DNA from: an uncultured Candidatus Saccharibacteria bacterium
GTDB taxonomy: Bacteria > Patescibacteriota > Saccharimonadia > Saccharimonadales > JALRHH01
Direction of reading: 5' to 3'
Assembly (NCBI GenBank): GCA_964639295.1
Contig: CAZXDT010000002.1
Location: 2,609-66,608, forward strand
Length of the DNA stretch: 64,000 nt
The stretch's first letter is position 1. Each line of letters opens with the position of its first letter. Shown piece by piece: positions 35,910 through 45,495 of the stretch. The translations under genes and the position numbers were made by a program. Below the pieces are notes generated by a model that had not been told where the DNA came from, made no database searches, and saw only the letters and a program-made list of their open reading frames with translations.

Positions 35910-37382
35910 CTACTTGGTTTTCTTCAGGTTTTCTTTTTTACAATTCATGCACTTGGTTCTGACTTCTTTATCATTGAATACGTAGACGAGGCCCTTTGTA
36001 TCGCACTCCGGGCAACTACGTTTAACGTCTTTGAGTACTTTATCGCCTTCTTTGCCGCCGAGTTCCTTGATTAATGCTGCAGCTGCTTTGTCTTCTACAC
36101 TCTCGAGCCCACAGACACCACCAGTACAGCCACCACCAAGCTCTACGTTTTCTTTCACAATTGACTGCTCAAGCTGCCGTGTAAGTACATCATCATTGGC
36201 GTACCCAGAAGAACTGCCCGTGCTGTCATTCTGTATCGTCTTCACCAACGCAGCATCAACTTGCTCAATAACATGTTCGTTACCTGTCTTGATAGCAGCC
36301 TTAGTGGCAATAATATTTCGTTTGGCCTTCTCTGCAATGGCGGCAAGTTCCCTGGTCATGAAGAGGCCGTCTTCCGTCACGTGGTTACTCACAAATTCAC
36401 GTACATCTTTTGCCCACAGAGGTGTCACATTATCGATAAACTGATATACCGCCGGTGTTGCTAGCCCGTTTTGCAAACTACGTGCCAGCTCAAGTTCAAA
36501 GTCATACCATTCACTGCCATACTGTTTTGCTTGCTGATTATAGAGCTCTTGATCACTACGGAATTTCTCAAGCTGCAAAAGTACGTTCAGGCGATGTGCG
36601 TCATCCTGGATATATGGCACGACCGCTTCCACGAGTGTTACCGGACCTTCAGCAGCAAGGTCACTTGATAATTCCAGCTCTTTAAATGTCTCCATTACAG
36701 AAAGTGCTGAGACCTGATCATCTACTGTAATTGAGCTGCCGAATATATTATTTTCGTCGGCGAGCATCGTCACCCACGCTTCAAGCGGGACATCCGTTAT
36801 AAGTAACGATTCCATGACGCGGTATGTTTCGTTCCCCGCACTATCAGTAACAATGTATGAGGCACGTATGGAGTCCTGATCGTGCAAATGCTCGGCCTTG
36901 GCAATATATGCTGGTGCATCATGTTCTGACATGCGTGGAGAAAGGAAGAACTGTACCTTACCAGCTTTGAGTGTTTCCTGAGCATGTGCTGCCTCTGCAA
37001 CCTCCACGTCAACACGCTGGATGGCCGCGTCAGAAGAATGGAAATCATAGCCGCTTTTCGCAACTCCTACCGCACACCTGCCAAGCCATCTAAATGTCCG
37101 GTGAGACCTCTGCGCTTCAGCATCCCATACCGTCTCTACCTTATGTGCTGTTCTCGTAACCGCAAAGGGCATTGACACCTCTGCAAGTGCGGTCTCAAGA
37201 TTAGTGGTAACGTCGGCCTTAACCGCTTCGGAAACAGTTCCGGACGATTCGGATGCACTGAGCAAGTGATCTACTTCTGTGAGCAACCTATTGATATCTT
37301 GCTCAAATAGGATTTCCGGTCCTGATTCAGTCATGCCTACTTGCTCGGTAGGATCATGTAATACTTCTTGTAGTATGCTCAT
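35910..37382 (-). CDS. Hypothetical 490-aa protein with C-terminal zinc ribbon
   Basis: The ORF is long and uninterrupted. The C-terminus is CPECDTKG...CMNCKK (CxxC...CxxC). I recognise no other motif. It starts 10 nt upstream of the nadD-like gene. Confidence 0.7.
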   Translation of the reverse strand: MSILQEVLHDPTEQVGMTESGPEILFEQDINRLLTEVDHLLSASESSGTVSEAVKADVTTNLETALAEVSMPFAVTRTAHKVETVWDAEAQRSHRTFRWLGRCAVGVAKSGYDFHSSDAAIQRVDVEVAEAAHAQETLKAGKVQFFLSPRMSEHDAPAYIAKAEHLHDQDSIRASYIVTDSAGNETYRVMESLLITDVPLEAWVTMLADENNIFGSSITVDDQVSALSVMETFKELELSSDLAAEGPVTLVEAVVPYIQDDAHRLNVLLQLEKFRSDQELYNQQAKQYGSEWYDFELELARSLQNGLATPAVYQFIDNVTPLWAKDVREFVSNHVTEDGLFMTRELAAIAEKAKRNIIATKAAIKTGNEHVIEQVDAALVKTIQNDSTGSSSGYANDDVLTRQLEQSIVKENVELGGGCTGGVCGLESVEDKAAAALIKELGGKEGDKVLKDVKRSCPECDTKGLVYVFNDKEVRTKCMNCKKENLKKTK

Positions 37383-37383
37383 T

Positions 37384-37428
37384 GTTTTTGTATAAAAATA
37401 CCCTCATTCTCGAGATAGAAAATGAGGG
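37384..37428 (-). terminator. Rho-independent terminator-like hairpin abutting the start codon of the 490-aa gene
   Basis: The minus strand reads ccctcatt-ttctatctcgag-aatgaggg followed by tatttttatacaaaaaca and then ATG (37382). Confidence 0.65.
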
Positions 37429-37629
37429 TGTAGAAACATACACACGCACTCTTGCTCGAGAGATTTTACAGCTGTATCGGACTTCTGGTTACCCAGTTTA
37501 CCGTTGCGGCACAGTACAGGATTTTCACCTGTTTCCAGCATTGTTTTGTTAACTGTTCGTAGTGTATCACGTGCACGGCACGCTAGCTGTAGTAGTATAC
37601 GCTACATTTAGTACGCTAGAGGTAGCGGA

Positions 37630-38274
37630 CTAAGGAGTGGCTGTTGGGCCAACAATAACTAACAAATCAGCGTCGGTTGGCTTGTCCTCACCGGCTGGGA
37701 GGGTACCAACAGTACCCTTTACGATTTCAGCTAATTTCTTAGCCTGTTCGCCGTTAGTGCCCTTAAGGTCCACGACGATGACGCCACTTACGACTGTCTT
37801 AGGATCTGCTTTTGTAAAGGTCAACTTGTTATCAGTAAGGAGCTTTTGAACTGCTGCCGTATCGGCTTCCTTACCAAGAACTTTGATAGAGAGGCCATTC
37901 TCGATGTTAACCGGCCCGGCTTTAATCACCTTATGGGTACTTGGTCGGTAGAGGATAGCTAGCTTAGCGTCCTTGTAGATCAATACAACGTCATTGTTTT
38001 CTGCTTGGTCAAAGAATGGATACTGTTTCTTTAGAGCTTCTTTGTCTTTGACTGTAGCTACATCTGGTTTTTCGTTCTTAGGAAGTGAGTAGACCTTACC
38101 AACTTCTTTAACGTACTGGTCAGTTTGTGCCTGTTGAATTTTCTCTGGGGTTGAGTTCTTAAGGTCGTCATACTTTTTGAAGTAATACCCAGCCGCACCT
38201 GCAAGTGCCAAGATTACTACGATGTTTACGAGTCGAAATGTTGTTTTAGCGCTTAAAAATGTTCTTTTTGCCAT
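37630..38274 (-). CDS. Membrane-anchored protein with LytR_C-like C-terminal domain
   Basis: The N-terminal TM helix is LVNIVVILALAGAAGYYF. The C-terminal part IKVLGKEADTAAVQKLL...VIVVDLKGTNGEQAKKLAEIV resembles LytR C-terminal domains. Confidence 0.65.
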   Translation of the reverse strand: MAKRTFLSAKTTFRLVNIVVILALAGAAGYYFKKYDDLKNSTPEKIQQAQTDQYVKEVGKVYSLPKNEKPDVATVKDKEALKKQYPFFDQAENNDVVLIYKDAKLAILYRPSTHKVIKAGPVNIENGLSIKVLGKEADTAAVQKLLTDNKLTFTKADPKTVVSGVIVVDLKGTNGEQAKKLAEIVKGTVGTLPAGEDKPTDADLLVIVGPTATP

Positions 38275-38298
38275 ATTCCCTCTTAGCTATATTTACGC

Positions 38299-39126
38299 TT
38301 ATGATATCACACCGGTTGCAAGCAAGGCCATGAGGACCAGACCCAGCCCCACGCGGTAAACGATGAAACTCTTATACGAATGGGTAGCGATAAACTTGAG
38401 CAACCAGGCGACGGCAACATATGCCACGATAAAGGAAACTACGGTAGCAACAATTGTTGGCCGCCAGCCTATACGTTCACTGATGTCACTAGCTTTTGTG
38501 ACGGCCTCTAGGATGCCAGCAGCAATCAATGCAGGTATAGAGAGGAAGAATGACAGTCGCGTGGCTGTCATACGGTCAAAACCGCGCAGGAAGCCTGCAG
38601 AGATGGTTGCGCCACTTCTTGAAACACCTGGTATCAAGGCAATACACTGGGCTACGCCCACGAATAGGGTGTCTTTCCAGGTTGTGCTCTTTTCGTGCCG
38701 TTTCTGGCTAGCGTGCTTCTCTGCCCAATACATAACTAAGCTCCATGCAATCAGTGCCCAGGCTACAAACCATAGGCTACGCAATCCTGTTTCTATCTGA
38801 TCCTTAAAAGCCAGTCCAATAATTGCGATTGGGATGGAACCAACAATAATCCCCCAACCCATTCGGTAATCTGGGGTGTCTTTATTGCCGCCAGTTATTC
38901 CCTTGAACCAAGCAGCCAATACTCGTGCTATGTCTTTGCGAAAGTACAGTACTGTTGCCAATGTTGCACCAACTTGAATAAATGCCGTAAAGGCGGTTAG
39001 TGCTGGATCGTCAATCTGGTAGCCAAGTAATTTCTCAGCAATTGTAAGGTGTCCTGTGCTGGAAATAGGTAGGAACTCAGTAATTCCCTCAATAATCCCT
39101 AAAATAATCGCGTGAAGAATGCTCAT
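38299..39126 (-). CDS. uppP: Undecaprenyl-diphosphate phosphatase
   Basis: IEGITEFLPISSTGHL and PGVSRSGATI motifs are present in a 275-aa polytopic protein. Confidence 0.93.
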   Translation of the reverse strand: MSILHAIILGIIEGITEFLPISSTGHLTIAEKLLGYQIDDPALTAFTAFIQVGATLATVLYFRKDIARVLAAWFKGITGGNKDTPDYRMGWGIIVGSIPIAIIGLAFKDQIETGLRSLWFVAWALIAWSLVMYWAEKHASQKRHEKSTTWKDTLFVGVAQCIALIPGVSRSGATISAGFLRGFDRMTATRLSFFLSIPALIAAGILEAVTKASDISERIGWRPTIVATVVSFIVAYVAVAWLLKFIATHSYKSFIVYRVGLGLVLMALLATGVIS

Positions 39127-39133
39127 TTAAAGC

Positions 39134-39595
39134 TTATTTTACAGTAGATTTGTCTTTTAGCGCAGTGAGTCTCGGTATGAATGAGTGCGCTGCACCATCA
39201 AGACCTAGTACCTTGAGGGCACCGATTAGTACATATAGCTCGTCGATTTGTTCTTGTGGCAGTGCGCTTGATTCTGCCTGGGCAAAAAAGTGTTCTACCT
39301 TCTCTACTAACCATTTTTCCTCTGCGGGCTTAACTTCGTTTGTTCGGAGGGGCTGTTCTGTCTGCTCAACAAGTTCAATCGATCGGGCCGAGTGGTCACG
39401 CTTCCGTAAATGTCCCCGTTTAATCAGGCTATTAACATGTAAAGCAACTGTGGCTACAGAGTTGTAACTCAGGCCATTCATAATTTCACGGTAGCTTGGA
39501 CTGTAGCCGTGTTCACCGATGAACTGCTCAATATATGTCAGTAACTCTCGTTGCTTCTTGGTCGGTCTAACAGATACTGTTTTTTCTTCGGGCAT
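39134..39595 (-). CDS. LexA-N-terminal-type winged-helix DNA-binding protein lacking an S24 peptidase domain
   Basis: LTYIEQFIGEHGYSPSYREIMNGLSYNSVATVALHVNSLIKRGHL matches the LexA DNA-binding domain. At 153 aa the protein is too short for a LexA catalytic domain. Confidence 0.75.
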   Translation of the reverse strand: MPEEKTVSVRPTKKQRELLTYIEQFIGEHGYSPSYREIMNGLSYNSVATVALHVNSLIKRGHLRKRDHSARSIELVEQTEQPLRTNEVKPAEEKWLVEKVEHFFAQAESSALPQEQIDELYVLIGALKVLGLDGAAHSFIPRLTALKDKSTVK

Positions 39596-39606
39596 ATACT
39601 TCTCCC

Positions 39607-40047
39607 CTACGGCGTGTGGTGTTTAATGTGTCGTGGTTTTTCTTTGGCTTTAAACACGTACACTTTGTACCAGTAATAATTCCAGACTGTGAAGAAAGCC
39701 GATGCAATAAACTGACCTATGGCAGGATCTATTCCTACGCTCCTTAAGCCAAGCAGAATCAGGTAGTTCAGACCGAATGCGTTGAGCGCGGTGTATACAA
39801 TGTACCGTTTTGTGGCAACCAATAGCCCTGCTGGCCGTTTGGTTTTGAATGCCCAGTATCGCTCAATGATAAAGTTTAGTGACAACCCGACTGTCTGGCC
39901 CAAAACGTTAGCCCAAAATAGGCCAATATGGTCATCTAGGACCACAATTATTACATAGCCGCTCCAGAACCAGACCCCACCACCAACCATATATTCGGCG
40001 AATCGAGTTAATTCCTTGCGTTGCTTTTTGGTAATCTTTTTTGCCAT
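39607..40047 (-). CDS. GtrA family protein (polyprenol-phosphate-sugar flippase-like)
   Basis: The 146-aa product has four TM helices. The segment NFIIERYWAFK is typical of GtrA. Confidence 0.82.
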   Translation of the reverse strand: MAKKITKKQRKELTRFAEYMVGGGVWFWSGYVIIVVLDDHIGLFWANVLGQTVGLSLNFIIERYWAFKTKRPAGLLVATKRYIVYTALNAFGLNYLILLGLRSVGIDPAIGQFIASAFFTVWNYYWYKVYVFKAKEKPRHIKHHTP

Positions 40048-40115
40048 GTTATGAATGTTTCTCTTTTGTTCAGATTACTCAGAGTATATCACCTTTGATA
40101 CAATGTAGAGAAGAT

Positions 40116-41540
40116 ATGAAAAACAACGCCTCCCTTATTTACTCTCTCATCTTGGTGGCAGGTGATTTCTTAGCGTTAATCGCAGCATTTGCGGCCGCAT
40201 ATATCCTCCGTTTCCGACTACTAGAAGACGGAAAGACAGCAACAGTTGGGGGCGAGAACTTCATTTTTGCCATCCTCAGTATTTTGCCAATCTGGTTGCT
40301 TATCCATGCATTCATCGGCCTATACCGTCAGGAAGTCTACGAAAAACGCTTCTCAGAAATCGGCAGAATACTCATTGGATCACTTCTCGGGACAATGGCA
40401 GTCATAAGCTACAGCTTCTTTATTGACGATACCTTCCTACCTGGCCGATTGGTGCCCCTATACGCGCTTGGACTAGGCTTTGTATTCTTAGTAATTTTCC
40501 GTACTTTAGCCAGGGTAGTTCGCCACACACTGTATCGTTTTGGCAGTGGTGTCAGCAACATCCTTATTATTGGTGATACTACTGTGAGTGAAAGCATGGC
40601 TCTTGTAGCCAGTGATACTCGTCATACAGGCTTGCGCGTACTCGGTATTGTGGGACGTCAACACCCCCGTATCAAATCGTTTGAGTCATTTGAGATAGCA
40701 CTCGCCAAACTCAAGGACACAGCGATTCACGGCATTATTCAAACAGAACTGTACCGCGACCAGCTCAAAAACGATGAGATTTTACGCTACGCTCAGACTC
40801 ACCATATCTCTTACCGATTTGTTCCAGGTAACGGCGACCTGTTTGTTGGTAATATTGCTGTTGAACTCTTCGCGGGCTTGCCAGTTATTGCCGTACACCA
40901 AACTGCGCTTATCGGCTGGGGGCGTGTTATCAAACGATTGTTCGACGTCTTCGTGACCCTTATTGGTATGGTTATAGCTTTACCTGTTATGGCCGTCACC
41001 GGTCTGTGTATCCTCATTAGCGATCCAAAAGGTGGTATTGTGTTCCGTCAGACTCGACTCACCAGATTTAATCGTGAATTCACCGTCTATAAGTTCCGTA
41101 CTATGAAGCAAAAATACAGTGGTATGTCGCCCGAAAAAGCTTTTGAGCTCATGGGTAAACCTGCGCTTATTAAGAAGTACCGGGATAACGGTGACTACCT
41201 CCCAAATGACCCACGTATTTCCAAAATTGGACGTATTTTGCGTGCTTCTAGCATGGATGAAATACCACAATTATTTAACGTTCTAAAAGGCGATATTAGC
41301 CTCGTCGGGCCCCGGGCACTTGTTCCTGAAGAGCTCAACGCTCACGAAAAGAAGCACTCTATTCTCAGTGTTAAGTCTGGTTTAACAGGCCTAGCGCAAA
41401 TCTCCGGACGTAAAGATATAGGCTTTGAAGAACGCCGTAAACTTGATGTCTATTACGTTCAAAACTGGAGCTTCTGGTTTGATCTGTCTATTCTGATTCG
41501 TACTGTACGTGCCGTCCTTACCGGCTCCGGAGCAAAATGA
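40116..41540 (+). CDS. Polyprenyl-phosphate glycosyl-1-phosphate transferase (WbaP/exopolysaccharide sugar transferase family)
   Basis: N-terminal TM helices are followed by a Bac_transf domain (IKRLFDVFVTLIGMVIALP, DEIPQLFNVLKGDISLVGPRA). I chose the start at ATG 40116. Confidence 0.9.
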   Translation: MKNNASLIYSLILVAGDFLALIAAFAAAYILRFRLLEDGKTATVGGENFIFAILSILPIWLLIHAFIGLYRQEVYEKRFSEIGRILIGSLLGTMAVISYSFFIDDTFLPGRLVPLYALGLGFVFLVIFRTLARVVRHTLYRFGSGVSNILIIGDTTVSESMALVASDTRHTGLRVLGIVGRQHPRIKSFESFEIALAKLKDTAIHGIIQTELYRDQLKNDEILRYAQTHHISYRFVPGNGDLFVGNIAVELFAGLPVIAVHQTALIGWGRVIKRLFDVFVTLIGMVIALPVMAVTGLCILISDPKGGIVFRQTRLTRFNREFTVYKFRTMKQKYSGMSPEKAFELMGKPALIKKYRDNGDYLPNDPRISKIGRILRASSMDEIPQLFNVLKGDISLVGPRALVPEELNAHEKKHSILSVKSGLTGLAQISGRKDIGFEERRKLDVYYVQNWSFWFDLSILIRTVRAVLTGSGAK

Positions 41541-42637
41541 AAGATCTTGGCTCCTTGCGTGTCGCGATCACCCATGATTGGTTAATAGGCGGCGGCGCAG
41601 AAAAGGTCGTCTTGGAACTACATAAAATATTCCCCGATGCGCCCATTTACACCTCGTATTCGACCGATGAGTGGCGCAAAAAGTTAGATGGTAAAGTTGT
41701 GACCGGCTGGCTGCAACACTTTGGTAAGTTCCGTAAATTCATGGTCCTGCCACGAATTTGGTGGTTTGGCAGCCTCAAGTTTGATGACTTTGATCTGGTG
41801 ATCAGCAGCTCTGGTAATGGTGAGGCGTTTGGAATCAAAACCGGGCCAAATACCGTACATGTTAACTACTGCCACACACCAACTCACTACTACTGGCGTC
41901 ACTACGATCTCTATATGAAACAGCCGGGATTTGGAGCGTTCAATCCCCTTGTCCGTCTTGCACTTAAAGTACTCGTCGGACTTTTGCGCAAATGGGATTA
42001 TAAGGCAGCTCAACGCCCAGATCTCATGGTCGCAAACTCCACACACATCCAATCAGATATAGAAACCTTCTACGGACGCGATTCTGTCGTTGTTTTCCCC
42101 CCTATTGATACAGAGCGCTTTAAGGACATCCCCTCCAAGGATCGAACTGGCTTTCTCGTCCTTGGACGACAAGTCCCCCAGAAACGTCAGCAGTTGGCTG
42201 TACAAGCCTGCACAGAGCTTAACCTACCCCTCGTAGTTGCCGGTAACGGTCCAGAGAATGGTCACCTGCAGAAAATTGCCGGGCCAACCGTAACTTTTGA
42301 TACAAATGTGTCAGACAAATCTGTAGAGAATTACATGGCCAGTAGTACAGCATTTATCTTCACCGGCGAGGACGACTTTGGCATAGCCCCTGTCGAGGCA
42401 ATGGCCTCTGGCACACCCGTTATCGCCTACAAGGCTGGTGGAGCACTTGATTACGTAATCCCTGGCAAAACTGGCGAGTTCTTCAATGAACAAACTGTAG
42501 AATCCCTCAAAACCGCCCTACAGGCCTTTGACACTACCAAATATAACTCCGATGATATAAAAACCACAGCCCAGAAGTTCTCTATAGACGAATTCCATAA
42601 AAAGTTTCTTACATTGATCAAATCTGTTCTAAAATAA
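41537..42637 (+). CDS. Glycosyltransferase family 4
   Basis: The EX7E region is FGIAPVEAMASGTPVIA. It overlaps the upstream gene by 4 nt. Confidence 0.88.
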   Translation: MKDLGSLRVAITHDWLIGGGAEKVVLELHKIFPDAPIYTSYSTDEWRKKLDGKVVTGWLQHFGKFRKFMVLPRIWWFGSLKFDDFDLVISSSGNGEAFGIKTGPNTVHVNYCHTPTHYYWRHYDLYMKQPGFGAFNPLVRLALKVLVGLLRKWDYKAAQRPDLMVANSTHIQSDIETFYGRDSVVVFPPIDTERFKDIPSKDRTGFLVLGRQVPQKRQQLAVQACTELNLPLVVAGNGPENGHLQKIAGPTVTFDTNVSDKSVENYMASSTAFIFTGEDDFGIAPVEAMASGTPVIAYKAGGALDYVIPGKTGEFFNEQTVESLKTALQAFDTTKYNSDDIKTTAQKFSIDEFHKKFLTLIKSVLK

Positions 42638-42645
42638 ACTCTCGT

Positions 42646-43656
42646 ATGAGTTTAGAAACACGTATAGCGCTACCCCAACCAGTACAAGAAGCATATGAAA
42701 TAGGTGAGCAAGATGCTATATCTCAACTAAGCGGGGGGCAAGTTAACGAAACCTTTTTAGTTGAAGGTCCGGAACGAATATTTATATTGCGGAAACTCGC
42801 GCCGGTGCTTGGTGCTAGCACAATACACACAACTTGCGTGGTAGGGAATCACCTCGCCGCAGCAGGCTGGGAAGCACCCGAGATTTTACCAACAGTTGGG
42901 GGTGATACGTATGCTCAAGACGAATTTGGTTTGCTCTGGCACTCTATGGCACATATCCCTTCTGACGGAGTTCCTTCCTCAAACTATGATGGCAATCTTG
43001 CTCTGAAAGCTGGCGAGATCCTTGCTCGTTGGCACAATACTGTTAAAACGCTCGATTATACACCTGATAGCCTGCCCCACTTTCACGACACTGATTACAT
43101 CGCAAAGAAACTACAATCCGAATCACCATTACTACACCCTGAGATACGTTACCTCGCTGAATCATTCTTGGCTGACTACCGTAGACAGGTGGAGCAGCCA
43201 TATGATGAGGCTCAGATTATCCATGGGGACCCCAAGCTAGACAATATGTTGTACCGCAAAGGCGAGCCATTCACATTCATTGATTTTGACTGTATTATGC
43301 GTGGGTCCGCGTGGACAGATGTAGGTGACTTCTTGCGTTCCCTTAGTGGTAAACTAATTGGCGTCGGCAAAAACTCAGAGAGTGTTATAAGTAGCTTTAC
43401 GCAGGGCTATCTAGAAGTAAGTGATAGCAAACTCGATCCCGACGAAGCTACTTTCTATGCCCTTCAAGCAACACGAAGAATCGCCTGCGAACTTGGCATG
43501 CGTTATCTCAGCGATAGTGTAGACGGCCAATACTACTTTACATGGGACAAGACGTCGTATGCCTCGCGTGACGAGGCGCTTCACGATAAAGCTCGTATGC
43601 AATACAAAATATTACAGACGGTACATAGATACCTAAATACTCGAGGAGGAGAATAA
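42646..43656 (+). CDS. Aminoglycoside-phosphotransferase-fold kinase (APH/choline-kinase-like), substrate unknown
   Basis: The Brenner-type catalytic loop IIHGDPKLDNMLY and the metal-binding FIDFD are present. Confidence 0.8.
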   Translation: MSLETRIALPQPVQEAYEIGEQDAISQLSGGQVNETFLVEGPERIFILRKLAPVLGASTIHTTCVVGNHLAAAGWEAPEILPTVGGDTYAQDEFGLLWHSMAHIPSDGVPSSNYDGNLALKAGEILARWHNTVKTLDYTPDSLPHFHDTDYIAKKLQSESPLLHPEIRYLAESFLADYRRQVEQPYDEAQIIHGDPKLDNMLYRKGEPFTFIDFDCIMRGSAWTDVGDFLRSLSGKLIGVGKNSESVISSFTQGYLEVSDSKLDPDEATFYALQATRRIACELGMRYLSDSVDGQYYFTWDKTSYASRDEALHDKARMQYKILQTVHRYLNTRGGE

Positions 43657-43657
43657 C

Positions 43658-45493
43658 ATGTGTGGAATTGTTGGATGTATTGGTAAAAATAATGCCGTTC
43701 AACCAGTTATTGATGGACTCAAAGCTCTAGAATATCGAGGCTATGACTCTGCAGGTGTCGCGTTTGTGACAAGCGAAAAGCTGCCCACACTTGTAAAGCA
43801 AGCTGGTCGTGTAGACGTACTAGAGTCTGCTCTGTTAGAGCACCAAGACTCAGACCAAGCCTCGGCAGCAATCGGCCACACGCGTTGGGCTACACACGGA
43901 TCGCCTACCACCACTAACGCTCACCCACACAGCAACACAGACGGCACCATTTTCGTCGTCCACAATGGTATTATCGAAAATTACGCTTCCCTCAAATCTC
44001 AGTTGGAAGCAGATGGTTATACCTTTGTTTCACAAACAGATACTGAAGTTATCCCCCACCTAATTGACCACTATTATAATAAGTCCAAAGACCTCACTAA
44101 AGCCTTCGAGCAAACACTCGAGGAGTTGACTGGCGCTTATGCTATCGCTATGGTTAGTAGCCACGAACCAGGCAAACTTTTTGCAGCCAAACTGAGCAGC
44201 CCCCTCATCATTGGTATCGGCGAAGATGCGCTCTACCTTGCCTCTGACCCAACAGCTGTCATGGACAAGACTAAAAACGTCATTTTTGTTGATGATTACG
44301 AGATGGTTGTTTTGGACGGCGATACCTACCACATTACTGATTTAGAAAAAGCCATTAAAGTCGATAAAGTTGCCCAGACGCTCGACTTTGATGTTGAGCA
44401 AGCGCAACTTGGCGACTTCGAGCATTACATGCTAAAGGAGATTTACGAAGGCCCTCAGACTATTCAGTCTGCAATTCGTGGCCGGGTGCGACTTGAGGAA
44501 AATATCGTAAACCTGGGTGGTCTGGCAGAGGTCCGACAACAACTACAATTCGTGGATCGTATTGTGATAGTGGCCTGTGGAACATCATATTACGCCAGTC
44601 TTGTTGGTGAGTACTTAATTGAAGAGATCGCCGGTATTCCTGTTGAAGTTCAACTAGCTTCAGAGTTCAAATATCGTAAAGAACCTTTTTCCCGCAGTAC
44701 GGCACTTATTGCAGTCTCACAATCTGGCGAGACCGCAGATACGATCGCTGCGCTAAAAAAAGTCAAAGATTATGGCGTGTTAACACTTGGTGTTGTAAAC
44801 GCAATCGGCTCAACCATATCTCGTATGACCGATGCTGGAGTATATTGTCATGCCGGTCCAGAACAAGCAGTTGCCAGTACAAAGGCATTTATGGCGCAGG
44901 TTACCGTTCTAGCACTGATTGCCTTGGAACTGAGCAAAGGCAACACCGCACTATACAAGCCCATGCTCGAAGAACTTACTGCTCTACCAGATAAGGTACA
45001 AAAAATTCTAGATCAAGCACCAGAGATTGAAAAAATTGCTAAAAAGTACGCTCACTACAAAGACTTCTTATACATTGGCCGCAATTACGCTTTCCCTTGT
45101 GCGCTAGAAGGCGCGCTTAAGCTCAAAGAAGTCAGCTATATCCACGCCGAAGGTTATTCTGCCGGTGAGATGAAGCATGGTCCGCTCGCTATGATAAGTA
45201 AGGATTTTCCAACTTTTGCTTTAATTAACAATTCTGAATTAGCCGAGAAAACCTACTCTAATATGGAAGAAATAAAGGCACGTAAAGGCCCTCTTGTAGC
45301 TGTAGCCCCAGAAGGTGACAAACACGCTGCAAAGCTCGCAGATGACGTCATATTCATTCCTAAGACTCTAGAGCAAACTGAACCACTGCTCATGGCAGTA
45401 GTTATGCAACTATTTTCTTATTACATTGCTGTAGAGCTCGGCCACAACGTAGACCGTCCCCGCAACCTTGCTAAATCTGTCACTGTCGAATAG
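43658..45493 (+). CDS. glmS: Glutamine--fructose-6-phosphate aminotransferase (isomerizing)
   Basis: The N-terminal nucleophile sequence is MCGIVG. Two SIS domains are present and the C-terminus is KSVTVE. The product is 611 aa. Confidence 0.95.
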   Translation: MCGIVGCIGKNNAVQPVIDGLKALEYRGYDSAGVAFVTSEKLPTLVKQAGRVDVLESALLEHQDSDQASAAIGHTRWATHGSPTTTNAHPHSNTDGTIFVVHNGIIENYASLKSQLEADGYTFVSQTDTEVIPHLIDHYYNKSKDLTKAFEQTLEELTGAYAIAMVSSHEPGKLFAAKLSSPLIIGIGEDALYLASDPTAVMDKTKNVIFVDDYEMVVLDGDTYHITDLEKAIKVDKVAQTLDFDVEQAQLGDFEHYMLKEIYEGPQTIQSAIRGRVRLEENIVNLGGLAEVRQQLQFVDRIVIVACGTSYYASLVGEYLIEEIAGIPVEVQLASEFKYRKEPFSRSTALIAVSQSGETADTIAALKKVKDYGVLTLGVVNAIGSTISRMTDAGVYCHAGPEQAVASTKAFMAQVTVLALIALELSKGNTALYKPMLEELTALPDKVQKILDQAPEIEKIAKKYAHYKDFLYIGRNYAFPCALEGALKLKEVSYIHAEGYSAGEMKHGPLAMISKDFPTFALINNSELAEKTYSNMEEIKARKGPLVAVAPEGDKHAAKLADDVIFIPKTLEQTEPLLMAVVMQLFSYYIAVELGHNVDRPRNLAKSVTVE

Positions 45494-45495
45494 CG

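Noticed and set aside
37429-37629. A ~200-nt spacer examined for a tRNA, SRP RNA, 6S or other small RNA. It contains a direct repeat tacgcta x2 and several weak hairpins.
   Set aside because: There is no cloverleaf, no T-loop GGTTCGA-type motif and no SRP domain IV consensus. The hairpins are short. It remains unexplained but has no positive evidence.
43600-43660. I looked for a glmS ribozyme upstream of glmS and a T-box upstream of aspS (30656-30701).
   Set aside because: glmS starts 2 nt after the preceding gene, and the aspS leader is only 46 nt. Neither leaves room for these elements.
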